In this document: positions 16,173 through 26,729 of the stretch, piece by piece
Numbering within the stretch: position 1 is the first letter of the stretch
Layout of the letters: every line of letters begins with the position of its first letter
UHGV virus genome: UHGV-1369766
Direction: 5' to 3' (one strand)
DNA: 38,287 bases
Source of the DNA: a virus
Notes under the pieces: generated by a model
What the model saw: only the letters and a program-made list of their open reading frames with translations
The model's database searches: none
What the model was told of the DNA's origin: nothing
Translations under genes and position numbers: made by a program

Positions 16173-16357
16173 ACGCCACAATTCAAACGATACCAGAGCT
16201 TCTTATCCAGACACGAGGCAATCAGACCGAAGTGGCAAGGATGCTTTCCTGCGCAAGAGGAACAGTGCTCAAGTACAACCGAGACAGTAAAGGCGAGCGT
16301 CACGTAATAGTTAACGGCGTCCTGATGGTCAAACAGGGAAAAAGGGGAAGGCCATGA
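16169..16357 (+). CDS. ninH: NinH-like protein
   Basis: ...GNQTEVARMLSCARGTVLKY... resembles lambda NinH (...GNQTEVARRLKCSRGTVRKY...) as recalled. Confidence 0.7.
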   Translation: MNATIQTIPELLIQTRGNQTEVARMLSCARGTVLKYNRDSKGERHVIVNGVLMVKQGKRGRP

Positions 16358-16977
16358 GACTCGAAAGCGTAGCTAAATTTCATTCGCCAAAAAGCCCGAT
16401 GATGAGCGACTCACCACGGGCCACGGCTTCTGACTCTCTTTCCGGTACTGATGTGATGGCTGCTATGGGGATGGCGCAATCACAAGCCGGATTCGGAATG
16501 GCTGCATTCTGCGGTAAGCACGAACTCAGCCAGAACGACAAACAAAAGGCTATCAACTATCTGATGCAATTTGCACACAAGGTATCGGGGAAATACCGTG
16601 GTGTGGCAAAGCTTGAAGGAAATACTAAGGCAAAGGTACTGCAAGTGCTCGCAACATTCGCTTATGCGGATTATTGCCGTAGTGCCGCGACGCCGGGCGC
16701 AAGATGCAGAGATTGCCACGGTACAGGCCGTGCGGTTGATATATCAAAAACAGAGCTGTGGGGGAGAGTTGTTGAGAAAGAATGCGGAAGATGCAAAGGT
16801 GTCGGCTATTCAAGAATGCCAGCAAGCGCCGCATATCGCGCTGTAACGATGCTAATCCCAAACCTTACCCAACCCACCTGGTCACGCACTGTTAAGCCGC
16901 TGTATGACGCTCTGGTGGTGCAATGCCACAAAGAAGAGTCAATCGCAGACAACATATTGAATGCGGTCACACGTTAG
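16354..16977 (+). CDS. Q: Late-gene antiterminator Q
   Basis: 207 aa; appears near-identical to lambda Q as I recall it (MRLESVAKFHSPKSPMMSDSPRATASDSL...); followed by a PR'-like promoter. Confidence 0.9.
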   Translation: MRLESVAKFHSPKSPMMSDSPRATASDSLSGTDVMAAMGMAQSQAGFGMAAFCGKHELSQNDKQKAINYLMQFAHKVSGKYRGVAKLEGNTKAKVLQVLATFAYADYCRSAATPGARCRDCHGTGRAVDISKTELWGRVVEKECGRCKGVGYSRMPASAAYRAVTMLIPNLTQPTWSRTVKPLYDALVVQCHKEESIADNILNAVTR

Positions 16978-17019
16978 CTGCATGATTGCCACGGATGGCA
17001 ACATATTAACGGCATGATA

Positions 17020-17048
17020 TTGACTTATTGAATAAAATTGGGTAAATT
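17020..17048 (+). promoter_or_regulatory. PR'-like late promoter with Q-utilisation region (-35 TTGACT, 17-bp spacer, -10 TAAATT)
   Basis: Immediately downstream of Q; the string gatattgacttattgaataaaattgggtaaatttgactcaacgatgg matches lambda PR' as I recall it. Confidence 0.7.
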
Positions 17049-17083
17049 TGACTCAACGATGGATAAATGCACTCGTTAAATAA

Positions 17084-17119
17084 AGCCCTGAGTTAATAGC
17101 TCGGGGCTTTTTGCGTTTT
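17084..17119 (+). terminator. Intrinsic terminator just downstream of PR' (tR'-like)
   Basis: 9-bp stem (AGCCCTGAG / CTCGGGGCT, one G-U pair), 7-nt loop, then TTTTTGCGTTTT. Confidence 0.7.
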
Positions 17120-17409
17120 AAGCACGACCTTTCTGAAAGCACATCAAACCAAATACCAGACAGACCAAAATAATCACCTTATCCGCTGTGGCTACGGTGC
17201 GGTGTGCTTTGCATAAAAGAAAACCAGCGCAATGGCTGGCTTCGTGAAAGCGGGTGGCATGAGGTTGCGCTAACAACCTCCTGCCGTTTTGCCCGTGCAT
17301 ATCGGTCACGAACAAATCTGATTACTAAACACAGTAGCCTGGATTTGTTCTATCAGTAATCGACCTTATTCCTAATTAAATAGAGCAAATCCCCTTATTG
17401 GGGTAAGAC

Positions 17410-17733
17410 ATGAAGATGCCTGAAAAACATGACCTGTTAGCCGCCATTCTCGCGGCAAAGGAACAAGGCATCGGGGCAATCCTTGCGTTTGCAATGGCGT
17501 ACCTTCGCGGCAGATATAATGGCGGTGCGTTTACAAAAACACTAATCGACGCAACGATGTGCGCCATTATCGCCTGGTTCATTCGTGACCTTCTCGACTT
17601 CGCCGGACTAAGTAGCAATCTCGCTTATATAACGAGCGTGTTCATCGGCTACATCGGTACTGACTCGATTGGTTCGCTTATCAAACGCTTCGCTGCTAAA
17701 AAAGCCGGAGTAGAAGATGGTGGAAATCAATAA
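17410..17733 (+). CDS. S: Holin (lambda S type, dual-start motif MKMPEKH)
   Basis: 107 aa, near-identical to lambda S as recalled; Met-Lys-Met dual start typical of the S107/S105 holin/antiholin pair. Confidence 0.9.
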   Translation: MKMPEKHDLLAAILAAKEQGIGAILAFAMAYLRGRYNGGAFTKTLIDATMCAIIAWFIRDLLDFAGLSSNLAYITSVFIGYIGTDSIGSLIKRFAAKKAGVEDGGNQ

Positions 17734-18193
17734 TCAACGTAAGGCGTTCCTCGATATGCTGGCGTGGTCAGAGGGGACTGATAACGGACGACAGAAAACC
17801 AGAAATCATGGTTATGACGTCATTGTAGGCGGAGAGCTATTCACTGATTACTCCGATCACCCTCGCAAACTTGTCACGCTAAACCCAAAACTCAAATCAA
17901 CAGCAGCCGGACGTTACCAGCTTCTTTCCCGTTGGTGGGATGCCTATCGTAAGCAACTTGGCCTGAAAGACTTCTCTCCGAAAAGTCAGGACGCTGTGGC
18001 ATTGCAGCAGATTAAAGAGCGTGGCGCTTTACCGATGATTGATCGCGGTGATATTCGTCAGGCAATTGACCGTTGCAGCAATATCTGGGCTTCACTTCCG
18101 GGCGCTGGTTATGGTCAGTTCGAGCATAAGGCTGACAGCCTGATTGCAAAATTCAAAGAAGCAGGCGGAACGGTCAGAGAGATTGAGGTATGA
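17717..18193 (+). CDS. R: Endolysin (lambda R-type lytic transglycosylase)
   Basis: 158 aa, near-identical to lambda R as recalled. Confidence 0.9.
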   Translation: MVEINNQRKAFLDMLAWSEGTDNGRQKTRNHGYDVIVGGELFTDYSDHPRKLVTLNPKLKSTAAGRYQLLSRWWDAYRKQLGLKDFSPKSQDAVALQQIKERGALPMIDRGDIRQAIDRCSNIWASLPGAGYGQFEHKADSLIAKFKEAGGTVREIEV

Positions 18194-18627
18194 GCAGAGT
18201 AACCGCGATTATCTCCGCTCTGATTATCTGCATCATCGTCTGCCTGTCATGGGCTGTTAATCATTACCGTGATAACGCCATCGCCTACAAAGAGCAGCGC
18301 GATAAGGCCGCATCCATCATCGCTGATATGCAGAAGCGTCAACGTGATGTAGCAGAACTCGACGCCAGATACACAAAGGAGCTTGCTGATGCTAACGCGA
18401 CTATCGAAAGTCTTCGTGCTGATGTTTCTGCTGGGCGTAAGCGCCTGCAAGTCGCCGCCACCTGTGCAAAGTCAACGACCGGAGCCAGCAGCATGGGCGA
18501 TGGAGAAAGCCCAAGACTTACAGCAGATGCTGAACTCAATTATTACCGTCTCAGAAGTGGAATCGATAGGATAACCGCGCAGGTTAACTACCTGCAGGAA
18601 TACATCAGGACTCAGTGCCTGAAATAA
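18190..18627 (+). CDS. Rz: Inner-membrane spanin Rz
   Basis: 145 aa; N-terminal TM helix ([28 protein letters not shown]...) and coiled-coil periplasmic domain; N-terminus matches lambda Rz as recalled. Confidence 0.85.
   Translation: MSRVTAIISALIICIIVCLSWAVNHYRDNAIAYKEQRDKAASIIADMQKRQRDVAELDARYTKELADANATIESLRADVSAGRKRLQVAATCAKSTTGASSMGDGESPRLTADAELNYYRLRSGIDRITAQVNYLQEYIRTQCLK
18383..18574 (+). CDS. Rz1: Outer-membrane lipoprotein spanin Rz1, embedded in the +1 frame of Rz
   Basis: ORF nested within Rz; lipobox-like VSAC followed by a Pro-rich stretch (KSPPPVQ); the true start may be an internal Met. Confidence 0.7.
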   Translation: MLMLTRLSKVFVLMFLLGVSACKSPPPVQSQRPEPAAWAMEKAQDLQQMLNSIITVSEVESIG

Positions 18628-18658
18628 TTTTTTTGCAAATCACAAAGTCAATTTAATG

Positions 18659-18688
18659 AGCCTCGCGATGCGGGGCTTTTTTATGTCC
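18659..18688 (+). terminator. Hairpin plus T-tract after Rz/Rz1
   Basis: GCCTCGC-gat-GCGGGGC followed by TTTTTTAT; the 3-nt loop makes this less certain. Confidence 0.4.
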
Positions 18689-18829
18689 GCAGTAAACGCG
18701 CTTCACACGCGCGACTTATGAACACAGAACCTTTCAGGATGACCCTTGAGGATGCCGGTTTGGTGATCGGTGCCTTTCTGTGGGCCGGAATCCTGTGTGA
18801 CAAGGTTCATCACTAAAAGGTGAGCACTG

Positions 18830-19372
18830 ATGAATTATCCAACTATCGTTAACGGCATCGATTTCCGAGATCTGATTTTTGTGGCAAACAACGATCCGGT
18901 TACAGATTCTTTTATGGTGGCAAAAGCATTTGGAAAGCTGCCGAAGAACGTGGTTCGTGACATTGAACGAACCATGGAAGCTTGCCCTCCTGAGTTTGAT
19001 ACAAAGCTCAACTTTGAGCTTTGCTATAAAAACAATGAGTTACAGAATGGTAAGCCGCAAAAATTCTACCGTCTCCGCAAGGATGGGTTGATGCTTTTGG
19101 TTATGTCCTACACCAAAAAAGAAGCAATGCGTATCAAAATTGCTTACATCAACGCATTTAACTGGATGTACGCCATGCTTCAGGTTGGTCATCGTCAATT
19201 TGAAGAAGAGAGGAATGCCGTAATGCTGGAGTACATGAAAGAGAAGGATGTTGCCAGCATGTCAGGTCGCCTGCTAAATCGCTGGGGCAAAATTAAGAAG
19301 CCACAGCTGCTGGCTAGAATTGAACGCCTTGAACAGCACGGGCAAACCGTAATCCCCGGACTCATCAATTAA
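18830..19372 (+). CDS. rha: Rha-family phage regulatory protein
   Basis: 180 aa; N-terminal ...FMVAKAFGKLPKNVVRDIERTME... pattern typical of Rha; sits between lysis genes and terminase, as rha does in P22. Confidence 0.65.
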   Translation: MNYPTIVNGIDFRDLIFVANNDPVTDSFMVAKAFGKLPKNVVRDIERTMEACPPEFDTKLNFELCYKNNELQNGKPQKFYRLRKDGLMLLVMSYTKKEAMRIKIAYINAFNWMYAMLQVGHRQFEEERNAVMLEYMKEKDVASMSGRLLNRWGKIKKPQLLARIERLEQHGQTVIPGLIN

Positions 19373-19530
19373 CGGCAGTACAGCGAAACAACCCAAGCCA
19401 GAAAGTGGGGAAATAACACTGGCAGCCACTGAAAGATGAACCTCCTGCCTTATGGCAAAAAAGATTCTTTGTGGTGGCGGAATGATGGAAAGACATCCTA
19501 ATCAAGCAACCACTCTACAGGGTCATAATT

Positions 19531-19887
19531 ATGAACGACCAGCAAATCGAAAAAGAAATCGTTGAGAAAGGCAAAACGGCATCGCGCGTTACGCCTCAAT
19601 ATATCGAAAGCATCATTCTTGAAGAGCATTTCTTTACTGCTTATGACGGCATTCGTGCTGCCAATATGGGCGTTGGCGATTCATGGACAGCGCATAAATC
19701 TACAGACCTCCTGACTTTCTGCGTACTGGTGCTGAAGAATGGCTTCACCGTCACCGGAGAGAGTGCCTGTGCAAGCCCGGAAAACTTTGATGCAGAAATT
19801 GGTCGGAAGATTGCCCGGCAAAATGCTGTAAACAAAATCTGGATGCTCGAAGGTTACTTGCTGAAGCAGAAGCTAAGCGAACAGTAG
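19531..19887 (+). CDS. Hypothetical protein
   Basis: 118 aa ORF, plus strand, between rha and the terminase genes; weak RBS. Confidence 0.45.
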   Translation: MNDQQIEKEIVEKGKTASRVTPQYIESIILEEHFFTAYDGIRAANMGVGDSWTAHKSTDLLTFCVLVLKNGFTVTGESACASPENFDAEIGRKIARQNAVNKIWMLEGYLLKQKLSEQ

Positions 19888-19990
19888 TTATTACAAAAGC
19901 CACTCCCTACAGAGTGGCTTTGATAATGGCTTATACCCTACACGGGATAACTTAACTGATATCCCTTTTAACGGATAAATGGAGCCAACA

Positions 19991-20233
19991 ATGGCAGAGA
20001 TTATTCCCATGACTGAAGAACAGAAATTCCAGTTAGAGATTTACAAACTGGTCATGAACCAGAACGCAGCCGCAGAAGAAGCATTTCAATTCATTGGCAC
20101 TGACGAGCTGAAGCTTGAGCTATTCAAAATTCACTTCCAGTCAGGCGGCGCTAATTCAGATATCACGACCCGCACTATCGAAGCGGTGCGTAAATCGAAG
20201 GAAGCGTTAGACCTGTTCACTACCGGAGCATGA
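19991..20233 (+). CDS. Hypothetical protein
   Basis: 80 aa from the ATG at 19991 (GGAG RBS, 7 nt spacing); the track ORF starts 12 nt earlier. Confidence 0.45.
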   Translation: MAEIIPMTEEQKFQLEIYKLVMNQNAAAEEAFQFIGTDELKLELFKIHFQSGGANSDITTRTIEAVRKSKEALDLFTTGA

Positions 20234-20262
20234 TGCTCAACCTGAAATAACAACTAAGTGAG

Positions 20263-20757
20263 ATGAATATGGCAGCACCAAAGGGCAACCGATTTTGGGA
20301 GGCCCGCAGTAGTCATGGGCGAAATCCTAAATTCGAATCGCCTGAGGCGCTGTGGGCTGCTTGTTGTGAATACTTCGAGTGGGCTGATGATAACCCGCTA
20401 TGGGAGGGTAAGGTATTTTCATATCAGGGAGAAATAATTAAGGCTAATGTCCCTAAGATGCGAGCCATGACTATTTCAGGATTGTGTACCTTCCTTGATA
20501 TCACCAGGCAAACATGGGGAACCTTCCGGTCAATGGAAGGTTTTTCTGACGTCACATCACGAGCGGAAGACATCATCTACGACCAGAAATTCTCTGGCGC
20601 AGCCGCTGACCTTCTCAACGCTAACATCATCGCCCGTGATTTGGGCCTCAAAGAGCAGTCGCAAGTTGAAGACGTGACACCTGATAAGGGAGATCGCGAT
20701 AAGCGGCGCTCTCGTATCAAGGAGCTATTCAACCGTGGAACTGGACGCGATTCTTGA
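20263..20757 (+). CDS. Terminase small subunit
   Basis: 164 aa; N-terminal [22 protein letters not shown]...[14 protein letters not shown] motif typical of this small-terminase family; immediately precedes the large subunit. Confidence 0.7.
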   Translation: MNMAAPKGNRFWEARSSHGRNPKFESPEALWAACCEYFEWADDNPLWEGKVFSYQGEIIKANVPKMRAMTISGLCTFLDITRQTWGTFRSMEGFSDVTSRAEDIIYDQKFSGAAADLLNANIIARDLGLKEQSQVEDVTPDKGDRDKRRSRIKELFNRGTGRDS

Positions 20758-22231
20758 TAACCTGAGCGACGAAGAGCAAATCGAGTTGCTCGAGCTACTC
20801 GAAGAAGAAGAGAACTACCGGAACACACACCTGCTATATGAATTTACGCCATACAGCAAACAGCGTGAGTTCATCGACGCCGGGCATGACTATCCAGAGC
20901 GCTGTTTTATGGCTGGTAACCAGCTTGGTAAGTCATTTACTGGTGCTGCTGAAGTCGCGTTTCACCTTACCGGGCGTTATCCGGGCACAAAAGGCTATCC
21001 TGCTGATGGTAAATATGGCGGTGAGTGGAAAGGTAAGCGTTTCTATGAGCCTGTTGTCTTCTGGATTGGTGGCGAGACAAACGAGACGGTAACCAAAACG
21101 ACTCAACGCATCCTGTGCGGTCGTATCGAAGAGAATGATGAACCTGGCTACGGTTCCATACCGAAAGAAGACATCATTAGCTGGAAGAAGTCTCCTTTCT
21201 TTCCGAACCTTGTTGATCACCTTCTGGTTAAGCATCACACGGCTGATGGCGTTGAAGATGGAATTTCAATCTGCTACTTCAAACCATACTCGCAAGGCCG
21301 TGCTCGCTGGCAGGGTGACACAATCCACGGCGTGTGGTTTGACGAAGAGCCACCATACAGCATTTATGGCGAAGGTCTTACCCGTACCAACAAATACGGT
21401 CAATTCTCAATTCTGACGTTTACCCCACTGATGGGGATGTCTGACGTTGTTACCAAGTTCCTGAAGAATCCCAGCAAGTCGCAGAAAGTGGTCAACATGA
21501 CCATCTATGACGCTGAGCACTATACCGAAGAGCAGAAAGAGCAAATCATCGCATCCTATCCCGAGCATGAGAGAGAGGCGCGTGCTCGCGGTATTCCTAC
21601 GATGGGTAGCGGGCGAATCTTCCAGATACCGGAAGAGACGATTAAGTGTCAGCCGTTCGAGTGTCCTGATCACTTCTACGTCATCAATGCAATGGACTTC
21701 GGATGGGATCACCCACAGGCACATATCCAGCTTTGGTGGGATAAAGACGAGGACGTGATTTATCTTTCTCGCGTCTGGAAGGCCAAACAGAAGAAGGCGA
21801 CAGAGGCATGGAGTGCTGTTAAAGCATGGAGCAAAAACACCCCTACGGCTTGGCCTCATGACGGGCATCAGCACGAAAAGGGAGGAGGCGCTCAGCTCAA
21901 GGAACAATACGCCGACGCTGGGTTCGACATGTTGCCAGATCATGCAACATGGCCTGATGGAGGTAATGCGGTCGAACCCGGGATAGCAGAGATACGCGAC
22001 ATGATGCTCGACGGTCGTTTCAAGGTATTTAACACCTGCGAGCCATTCTTTGAAGAGTTTCGCCTCTATCACCGCGATGAGAACGGGAAGATCGTCAAGC
22101 TAAATGACGACATCCTTTCTGCTGTTCGCTATGGCTACATGATGAGGCGTTTTGCAATACAGATGCGAGACATCAAAGATCCTAAAGAGATTGATTACTC
22201 AAGCTACAACATACCTTGCGGAGTTGGATGA
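20735..22231 (+). CDS. Terminase large subunit
   Basis: 498 aa; ATPase N-terminal region and nuclease C-terminal region (...[12 protein letters not shown]...); apparent GTG start overlapping the small-subunit 3' end. Confidence 0.85.
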   Translation: MELDAILDNLSDEEQIELLELLEEEENYRNTHLLYEFTPYSKQREFIDAGHDYPERCFMAGNQLGKSFTGAAEVAFHLTGRYPGTKGYPADGKYGGEWKGKRFYEPVVFWIGGETNETVTKTTQRILCGRIEENDEPGYGSIPKEDIISWKKSPFFPNLVDHLLVKHHTADGVEDGISICYFKPYSQGRARWQGDTIHGVWFDEEPPYSIYGEGLTRTNKYGQFSILTFTPLMGMSDVVTKFLKNPSKSQKVVNMTIYDAEHYTEEQKEQIIASYPEHEREARARGIPTMGSGRIFQIPEETIKCQPFECPDHFYVINAMDFGWDHPQAHIQLWWDKDEDVIYLSRVWKAKQKKATEAWSAVKAWSKNTPTAWPHDGHQHEKGGGAQLKEQYADAGFDMLPDHATWPDGGNAVEPGIAEIRDMMLDGRFKVFNTCEPFFEEFRLYHRDENGKIVKLNDDILSAVRYGYMMRRFAIQMRDIKDPKEIDYSSYNIPCGVG

Positions 22232-24432
22232 TGGCTGATGATAGAAAGATGACTGACTGGCATCGCAAGGTGCTGTGCAACTTTGATAATGCCTGGTCAG
22301 CAACGCAGGATATGCGTGAGCAGATTATTGAGGCTCAACGTTTCGTCAGGGTGTCCGGCGCACAGTGGGAAGGTAGCACAAACGCTGGTTACTCGTTTGA
22401 TGAGGGCAGGTTTGAGCATTACCCGCGTTTTGAACTGAATAAGATTTCCCGTGAATGTGATCGCATCATTGGTGAGTATCGACAGAATCGCATCAGCGTT
22501 AAATTCAGGCCGAAGGACGATAAGGCATCGGAAGCGTTAGCCGAAAAGATGAACGGCAAATTCCGCGCTGACTATCAGGAAACATCCGGTGGCGAAGCGT
22601 GTGATAACGCATTTGATGATGCTGTAACGGGCGGATTCGGTTGTTTCCGCATGTGTGCCGATTACGAAGATGAAATGGATCCGAGTAACGAGCAGCGCCG
22701 CATCAGCCTTCTTCCTGTTTACGACCCAGCGACATGCGTCTTCTTCGATCAGGACAGCAAGCAATATGACCGCTCTGATGCTATGTGGGCTATGGAAATG
22801 TTCTCCATGACGCCTAAAGCGTTCGAGGCTGAATACCCTGATTCCATCGCGGCAAGCCTTTCTCGTGATGACACTGGCACTCAATATGACTGGTCAACGC
22901 CCGATGCCATCTATGTTGGACGCTACTACGAAGTTCGCATAGAGAAGGTGAAGCTCACGGCGTGGCGCAACCCTGTTAGCGGAGAAACGGCAATCTATGA
23001 TGAAGAGCAAATCAAAGATATTGTCGACGAGCTGACCGATGGTGCATTCGAACTGATTGGCGAGCGAACGGTGAAGAAGCGCCGCGTTTATTGCGGTCTT
23101 CTGTCTGGCGCTGAATGGCTGGAAGAACCTAAGCGTATTCCGGGCGAACATATTCCTCTCATCCCGGTATATGGGCGTCGCTCATTTGTTGATAATCAGG
23201 AGCGAATCGAAGGCCACGCAGCAAAAGCGATGGATGCACAGCGTCTTGAGAACCTGATGGTTTCCATGATTGCAGATAACGCCACTCAGGCTGGCGGCGA
23301 TGGCATTCCTGTAGTTGATGTTGACATGATTCCTGGTCCTCTTGCCACTCATTGGGCGGAGCGCAACAAAAAGCGCCCGGCGTTCCTGCCGATGGTCAGT
23401 CTGAAAAACAAAAACGGAGATATTACTGCGCAGGCTCAGGTCAGCAGTTATACACCTCCGACACAAATGCCTCCTGCTCTTGCCGGGCTATTGCAGTACA
23501 CCGGAACGGCTATTCAGCAAATTACAGGTGCGTCGCAGCTTGAGAATATGCCGAGCAACGTCGCTACCGATACCGTTGATAGCATCTTTAACCGGATGGA
23601 CACGCAGTCCTATATCTACATGGACAACATGGCTAAATCCATGCGCCGCGCTGGCGTTGTGTGGCTTTCTATGGCGCGTGAGGTCTATGGCAGTGATACG
23701 CCGATGCGTATCGTTAATGAGGACGGCAGCGATGACGTGGCGCTGATGACTGGTGAAGTGGTTGACCGTCAGACAGGGCAGGTTATCGCGCTTAACGACC
23801 TTTCGCAGGGTAACTATGAAGTGACTGTCGATGTCGGTCAGTCGTTCGCTACTCGCCGTGATGCAACGGTTAAGTCGTTACTTTCCATGCTGGCACTTAT
23901 CCCACCAGGAACGCCGAAGCACGACCTTGTATCGTCGATGATTCTCGACAATATGGGCGGCGAAGGGATGGACGACCTGAAAGAATACAACCGCAATCAG
24001 TTGCTTCTGTCTGGAGTTATCAAGCCGAGAACACCAGAAGAACAGCAGATGGTTGAGCAGGCGAAACAACAACAGGCCAGTCAGCCAGATCCGGCTATGG
24101 TTGCAGCGCAAGGTCAGCTTCTTGCTGGTCAGGCTGAATTGCAGAAAGCGCAGAACGAACAGGCAGCCATTCAGGTTAAAGCATTCCAGGCACAGACTGA
24201 TGCTCAGGTTGCAGCGGCAAATGTTGTGAAAATACTCGCATCTGCCGATAGTCAGCAGAAATCTGATATCCGCGAGGCTCTGAAACTGCTCGGACAGTTC
24301 CAGCAACAGCAAGGAGATAATGCCCGTGCTGATGCAGAGCTTGTCCTGAAAAGTCAGGCACAGGGCCATGCGCAGCGCATGGACATCAGCAGCATCCTGC
24401 AAAAATCAACTCAGCAACAACCACAGCAGTAA
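22228..24432 (+). CDS. Portal protein (P22 gp1-like, with C-terminal Gln-rich barrel region)
   Basis: ATG overlaps the terminase stop (ATGA); long stretches parallel P22 portal as recalled (...GEHIPLIPVYG..., ...PEEQQ...QAKQ...DPAMV.AQGQLLAGQAELQKAQN...). Confidence 0.9.
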   Translation: MMADDRKMTDWHRKVLCNFDNAWSATQDMREQIIEAQRFVRVSGAQWEGSTNAGYSFDEGRFEHYPRFELNKISRECDRIIGEYRQNRISVKFRPKDDKASEALAEKMNGKFRADYQETSGGEACDNAFDDAVTGGFGCFRMCADYEDEMDPSNEQRRISLLPVYDPATCVFFDQDSKQYDRSDAMWAMEMFSMTPKAFEAEYPDSIAASLSRDDTGTQYDWSTPDAIYVGRYYEVRIEKVKLTAWRNPVSGETAIYDEEQIKDIVDELTDGAFELIGERTVKKRRVYCGLLSGAEWLEEPKRIPGEHIPLIPVYGRRSFVDNQERIEGHAAKAMDAQRLENLMVSMIADNATQAGGDGIPVVDVDMIPGPLATHWAERNKKRPAFLPMVSLKNKNGDITAQAQVSSYTPPTQMPPALAGLLQYTGTAIQQITGASQLENMPSNVATDTVDSIFNRMDTQSYIYMDNMAKSMRRAGVVWLSMAREVYGSDTPMRIVNEDGSDDVALMTGEVVDRQTGQVIALNDLSQGNYEVTVDVGQSFATRRDATVKSLLSMLALIPPGTPKHDLVSSMILDNMGGEGMDDLKEYNRNQLLLSGVIKPRTPEEQQMVEQAKQQQASQPDPAMVAAQGQLLAGQAELQKAQNEQAAIQVKAFQAQTDAQVAAANVVKILASADSQQKSDIREALKLLGQFQQQQGDNARADAELVLKSQAQGHAQRMDISSILQKSTQQQPQQ

Positions 24433-24522
24433 TTAACCCATAACGTGCAATGGCTGTCTTTATGAGGCCTGGCACCCTATTGCCTTCCGATGGGCTGAAC
24501 ATCGAGTAAACAGGGGTAACAA

Positions 24523-25416
24523 ATGGACCAGATGGCAGAAAACACACCAGAAGTTGAAATCGAAACCGACGCGTCAGAGCAGATTCCTGATGATGTCGAA
24601 CTGGTTGAAGAAGTCGAAACAGAAGATGGCAGTGAGTCCTCCGGCAATGCTGCAGAGGAAGCTACTGAAACTGATGACGACGAATCAGAACAGGAATTCT
24701 ACTTTGGTGACGAAAAGCTGGATTCGCCAACCAGCGAAGATGGCGCAGAGCATGGACTGGTAAAACACCTGCGCAAGACGATTAAAGAGAAAGACCGCGA
24801 GCTGAAAGAGCTGATGCGTCAGTCTCAGAAACCCGTCGAGCAGCAGCCGGTAATCACTCAACCACCGCGAATGCCAAAACTGGATGATGAGGACATCGGT
24901 TTCGATGAAGAAATCTATCAGCAACGCATGGCTAAGTGGGCAGACGATAACGGAAAGTACCAGCAACAGGAGATGGCTCGCAAGCAGAAGGAGCAGGAGC
25001 TTCAGGCTGCTTATCAAGAGCGATTATCCAAATATCAGCAACGTGTTAAGGCTCTCAAGGTTCCTGGCTATCAGGAAGCAGAACAGGCCGTACTCGAGGA
25101 AATCCCCATCGAGACACAAAACGCGATCCTGTTTGAGTCAGAGAAGCCGGAAATCGTTGTTCTGGCACTCGGTCGCAACGCTGAACTGCGCAAGCAACTG
25201 GCAGAAGCTACCAACCCCGTAGCAATTGGTCGTCTGCTGGAACGTATCGAATCGAAGGCCAGAATCATGCCAAAAGCAAAAACCACGGCAGCCACAACCC
25301 CGACAGTTAAGGGGAGCAACGGCGCAGTAATCAACAACCTCGACAAATTGAAAGCCAAGGCGCTGGAAACTGGTGACTGGACGCCGTATTTCGCCGCTAA
25401 AAAGGCAAAAAAATAA
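24523..25416 (+). CDS. Scaffolding protein
   Basis: 297 aa acidic, helical protein between portal and coat; size and position as P22 gp8. Confidence 0.8.
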   Translation: MDQMAENTPEVEIETDASEQIPDDVELVEEVETEDGSESSGNAAEEATETDDDESEQEFYFGDEKLDSPTSEDGAEHGLVKHLRKTIKEKDRELKELMRQSQKPVEQQPVITQPPRMPKLDDEDIGFDEEIYQQRMAKWADDNGKYQQQEMARKQKEQELQAAYQERLSKYQQRVKALKVPGYQEAEQAVLEEIPIETQNAILFESEKPEIVVLALGRNAELRKQLAEATNPVAIGRLLERIESKARIMPKAKTTAATTPTVKGSNGAVINNLDKLKAKALETGDWTPYFAAKKAKK

Positions 25417-25434
25417 CCTATCGGAGCATTAAGC

Positions 25435-26688
25435 ATGGCTAACCAATTAGCAAAAGACCTTGAAATCATGTTCGAAAACTACGTTGAAGGCTTTGAGGCC
25501 GCCTGCGTAGTTTCCCGTAACGCTAAAAAATTCCGTCCCGGTGATACAGCAATGCAGCGAGCAGGTGATGTTCTGTATCGTCCGCAGCATTACCACATGA
25601 ACATTGAGGAAGGCCTCGATCTCAGCAGCAAAACGCCAACAGCACTGGTTCAGCGCCTTGTTCCTTCAGTGTTCAAGGAGCCGAAAAACATTCTGTACAC
25701 TCTGGATGCGCGTGAAATGCGTGACCCGGAACATAAAACTGAAGCTGGTCGCGCCGCAGGTATGCGCCTTGCTGCACAGATTGACTCTGACCTGATTTCC
25801 ATGGTCACGCAGCGTGCTACTAACGTGATCACAATGGCTGACTCAACCACTGGTTCACAGGGCCGTGATTTGTGGAACTGTGCGGCAGGTATTGATGCCA
25901 CCATGACGGCGATTGGTGTACCACAGGGTATCAACCGCCGCTCTTTCTGGAACCCCTTCAACTACAAAGACCTTGCTGGCGAGCTTGGTCACCGTGCCTA
26001 TGCTCAGGGCGCAACCCTGACAGCATACGAAAAAGCGCAGATCCCTCCGGTTGCGTCCTTCGATAGCTACAAGACCGATATTTCTGGTCGTGTTCCGAAG
26101 GGTGCAGCAACTTCCCTGACGCTGGCGGCTGAACCTGCGCACAAGGTTGAAGCGAAAGATGCCAACGATATGCCAGTGGATAACCGACAGGGAACCATTA
26201 CGGTATCTGCATCTGGTTTGCAGGTTGGCGATGCGTTCACCATTGCTGGCGTGAATTCCGTACACCAGATCACCAAAGATACCACCGGGCAGCCGCAGGT
26301 ATTCCGCGTTCTGGCAGTAAGCGGAACGACAGTAACTATCTCCCCGAAAATTCTGCCGCCTGACAACGCGGATGTCGCCAGCCGACCATATGCAAACGTT
26401 GATGCTAACGCGGCAAATGGTGCAGCAATTACCATTCTCAACAAAAATGCCGCACCGGCTAACCTGTTCTGGGCTGATGGTTCTGTTGAGCTGATGTACG
26501 GCAAACTGGCGTTCCCGACTGGTCAGGGTCCACAGGTAATGACAGCAACCACCGAGCAGGGCGCTACGCTGATCATGTCTTACGCCTTCGACCACATCAA
26601 AGGCGTAACCACTGCTCGTTTCACCACTCTGTACGGTTGCTCTGTACTTGTTCCTGAATATACGGGCATCGTTATTGCCGGGCAGTAA
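25435..26688 (+). CDS. Major capsid (coat) protein, P22 gp5-like
   Basis: 417 aa; conserved segments (...PYANVDAN..., ...NLFWADGSVELM...) parallel P22 coat (...AYANVNTS..., ...NVFWADDAIRIV...); followed by a strong terminator hairpin. Confidence 0.9.
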   Translation: MANQLAKDLEIMFENYVEGFEAACVVSRNAKKFRPGDTAMQRAGDVLYRPQHYHMNIEEGLDLSSKTPTALVQRLVPSVFKEPKNILYTLDAREMRDPEHKTEAGRAAGMRLAAQIDSDLISMVTQRATNVITMADSTTGSQGRDLWNCAAGIDATMTAIGVPQGINRRSFWNPFNYKDLAGELGHRAYAQGATLTAYEKAQIPPVASFDSYKTDISGRVPKGAATSLTLAAEPAHKVEAKDANDMPVDNRQGTITVSASGLQVGDAFTIAGVNSVHQITKDTTGQPQVFRVLAVSGTTVTISPKILPPDNADVASRPYANVDANAANGAAITILNKNAAPANLFWADGSVELMYGKLAFPTGQGPQVMTATTEQGATLIMSYAFDHIKGVTTARFTTLYGCSVLVPEYTGIVIAGQ

Positions 26689-26692
26689 TTTT

Positions 26693-26718
26693 GGTGGGGC
26701 TTCGGCCCCATTTTTATT
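26693..26718 (+). terminator. Intrinsic terminator after the coat gene
   Basis: TGGGGC-ttcg-GCCCCA hairpin followed by TTTTTATT, 5 nt after the coat stop. Confidence 0.7.
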
Positions 26719-26729
26719 GGGAGAAGACA

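Noticed and set aside
17120-17409. Possible tRNA gene or extra coding gene between the late terminator and the holin (track ORF 17118..17315 minus)
   Set aside because: No cloverleaf or CCA-type features were seen, and the sequence from ~17230 onward matches the lambda region upstream of S as I recall it; the minus ORF has no start context.
21407-22072. 221-aa minus-strand ORF inside the terminase large-subunit gene
   Set aside because: Antisense shadow ORF within a well-supported plus-strand gene; no RBS and no recognisable protein features.
23878-24402. 174-aa minus-strand ORF antisense to the portal gene 3' region
   Set aside because: Lies within the Gln-rich portal C-terminal coding region; the low-complexity sequence generates open antisense frames.
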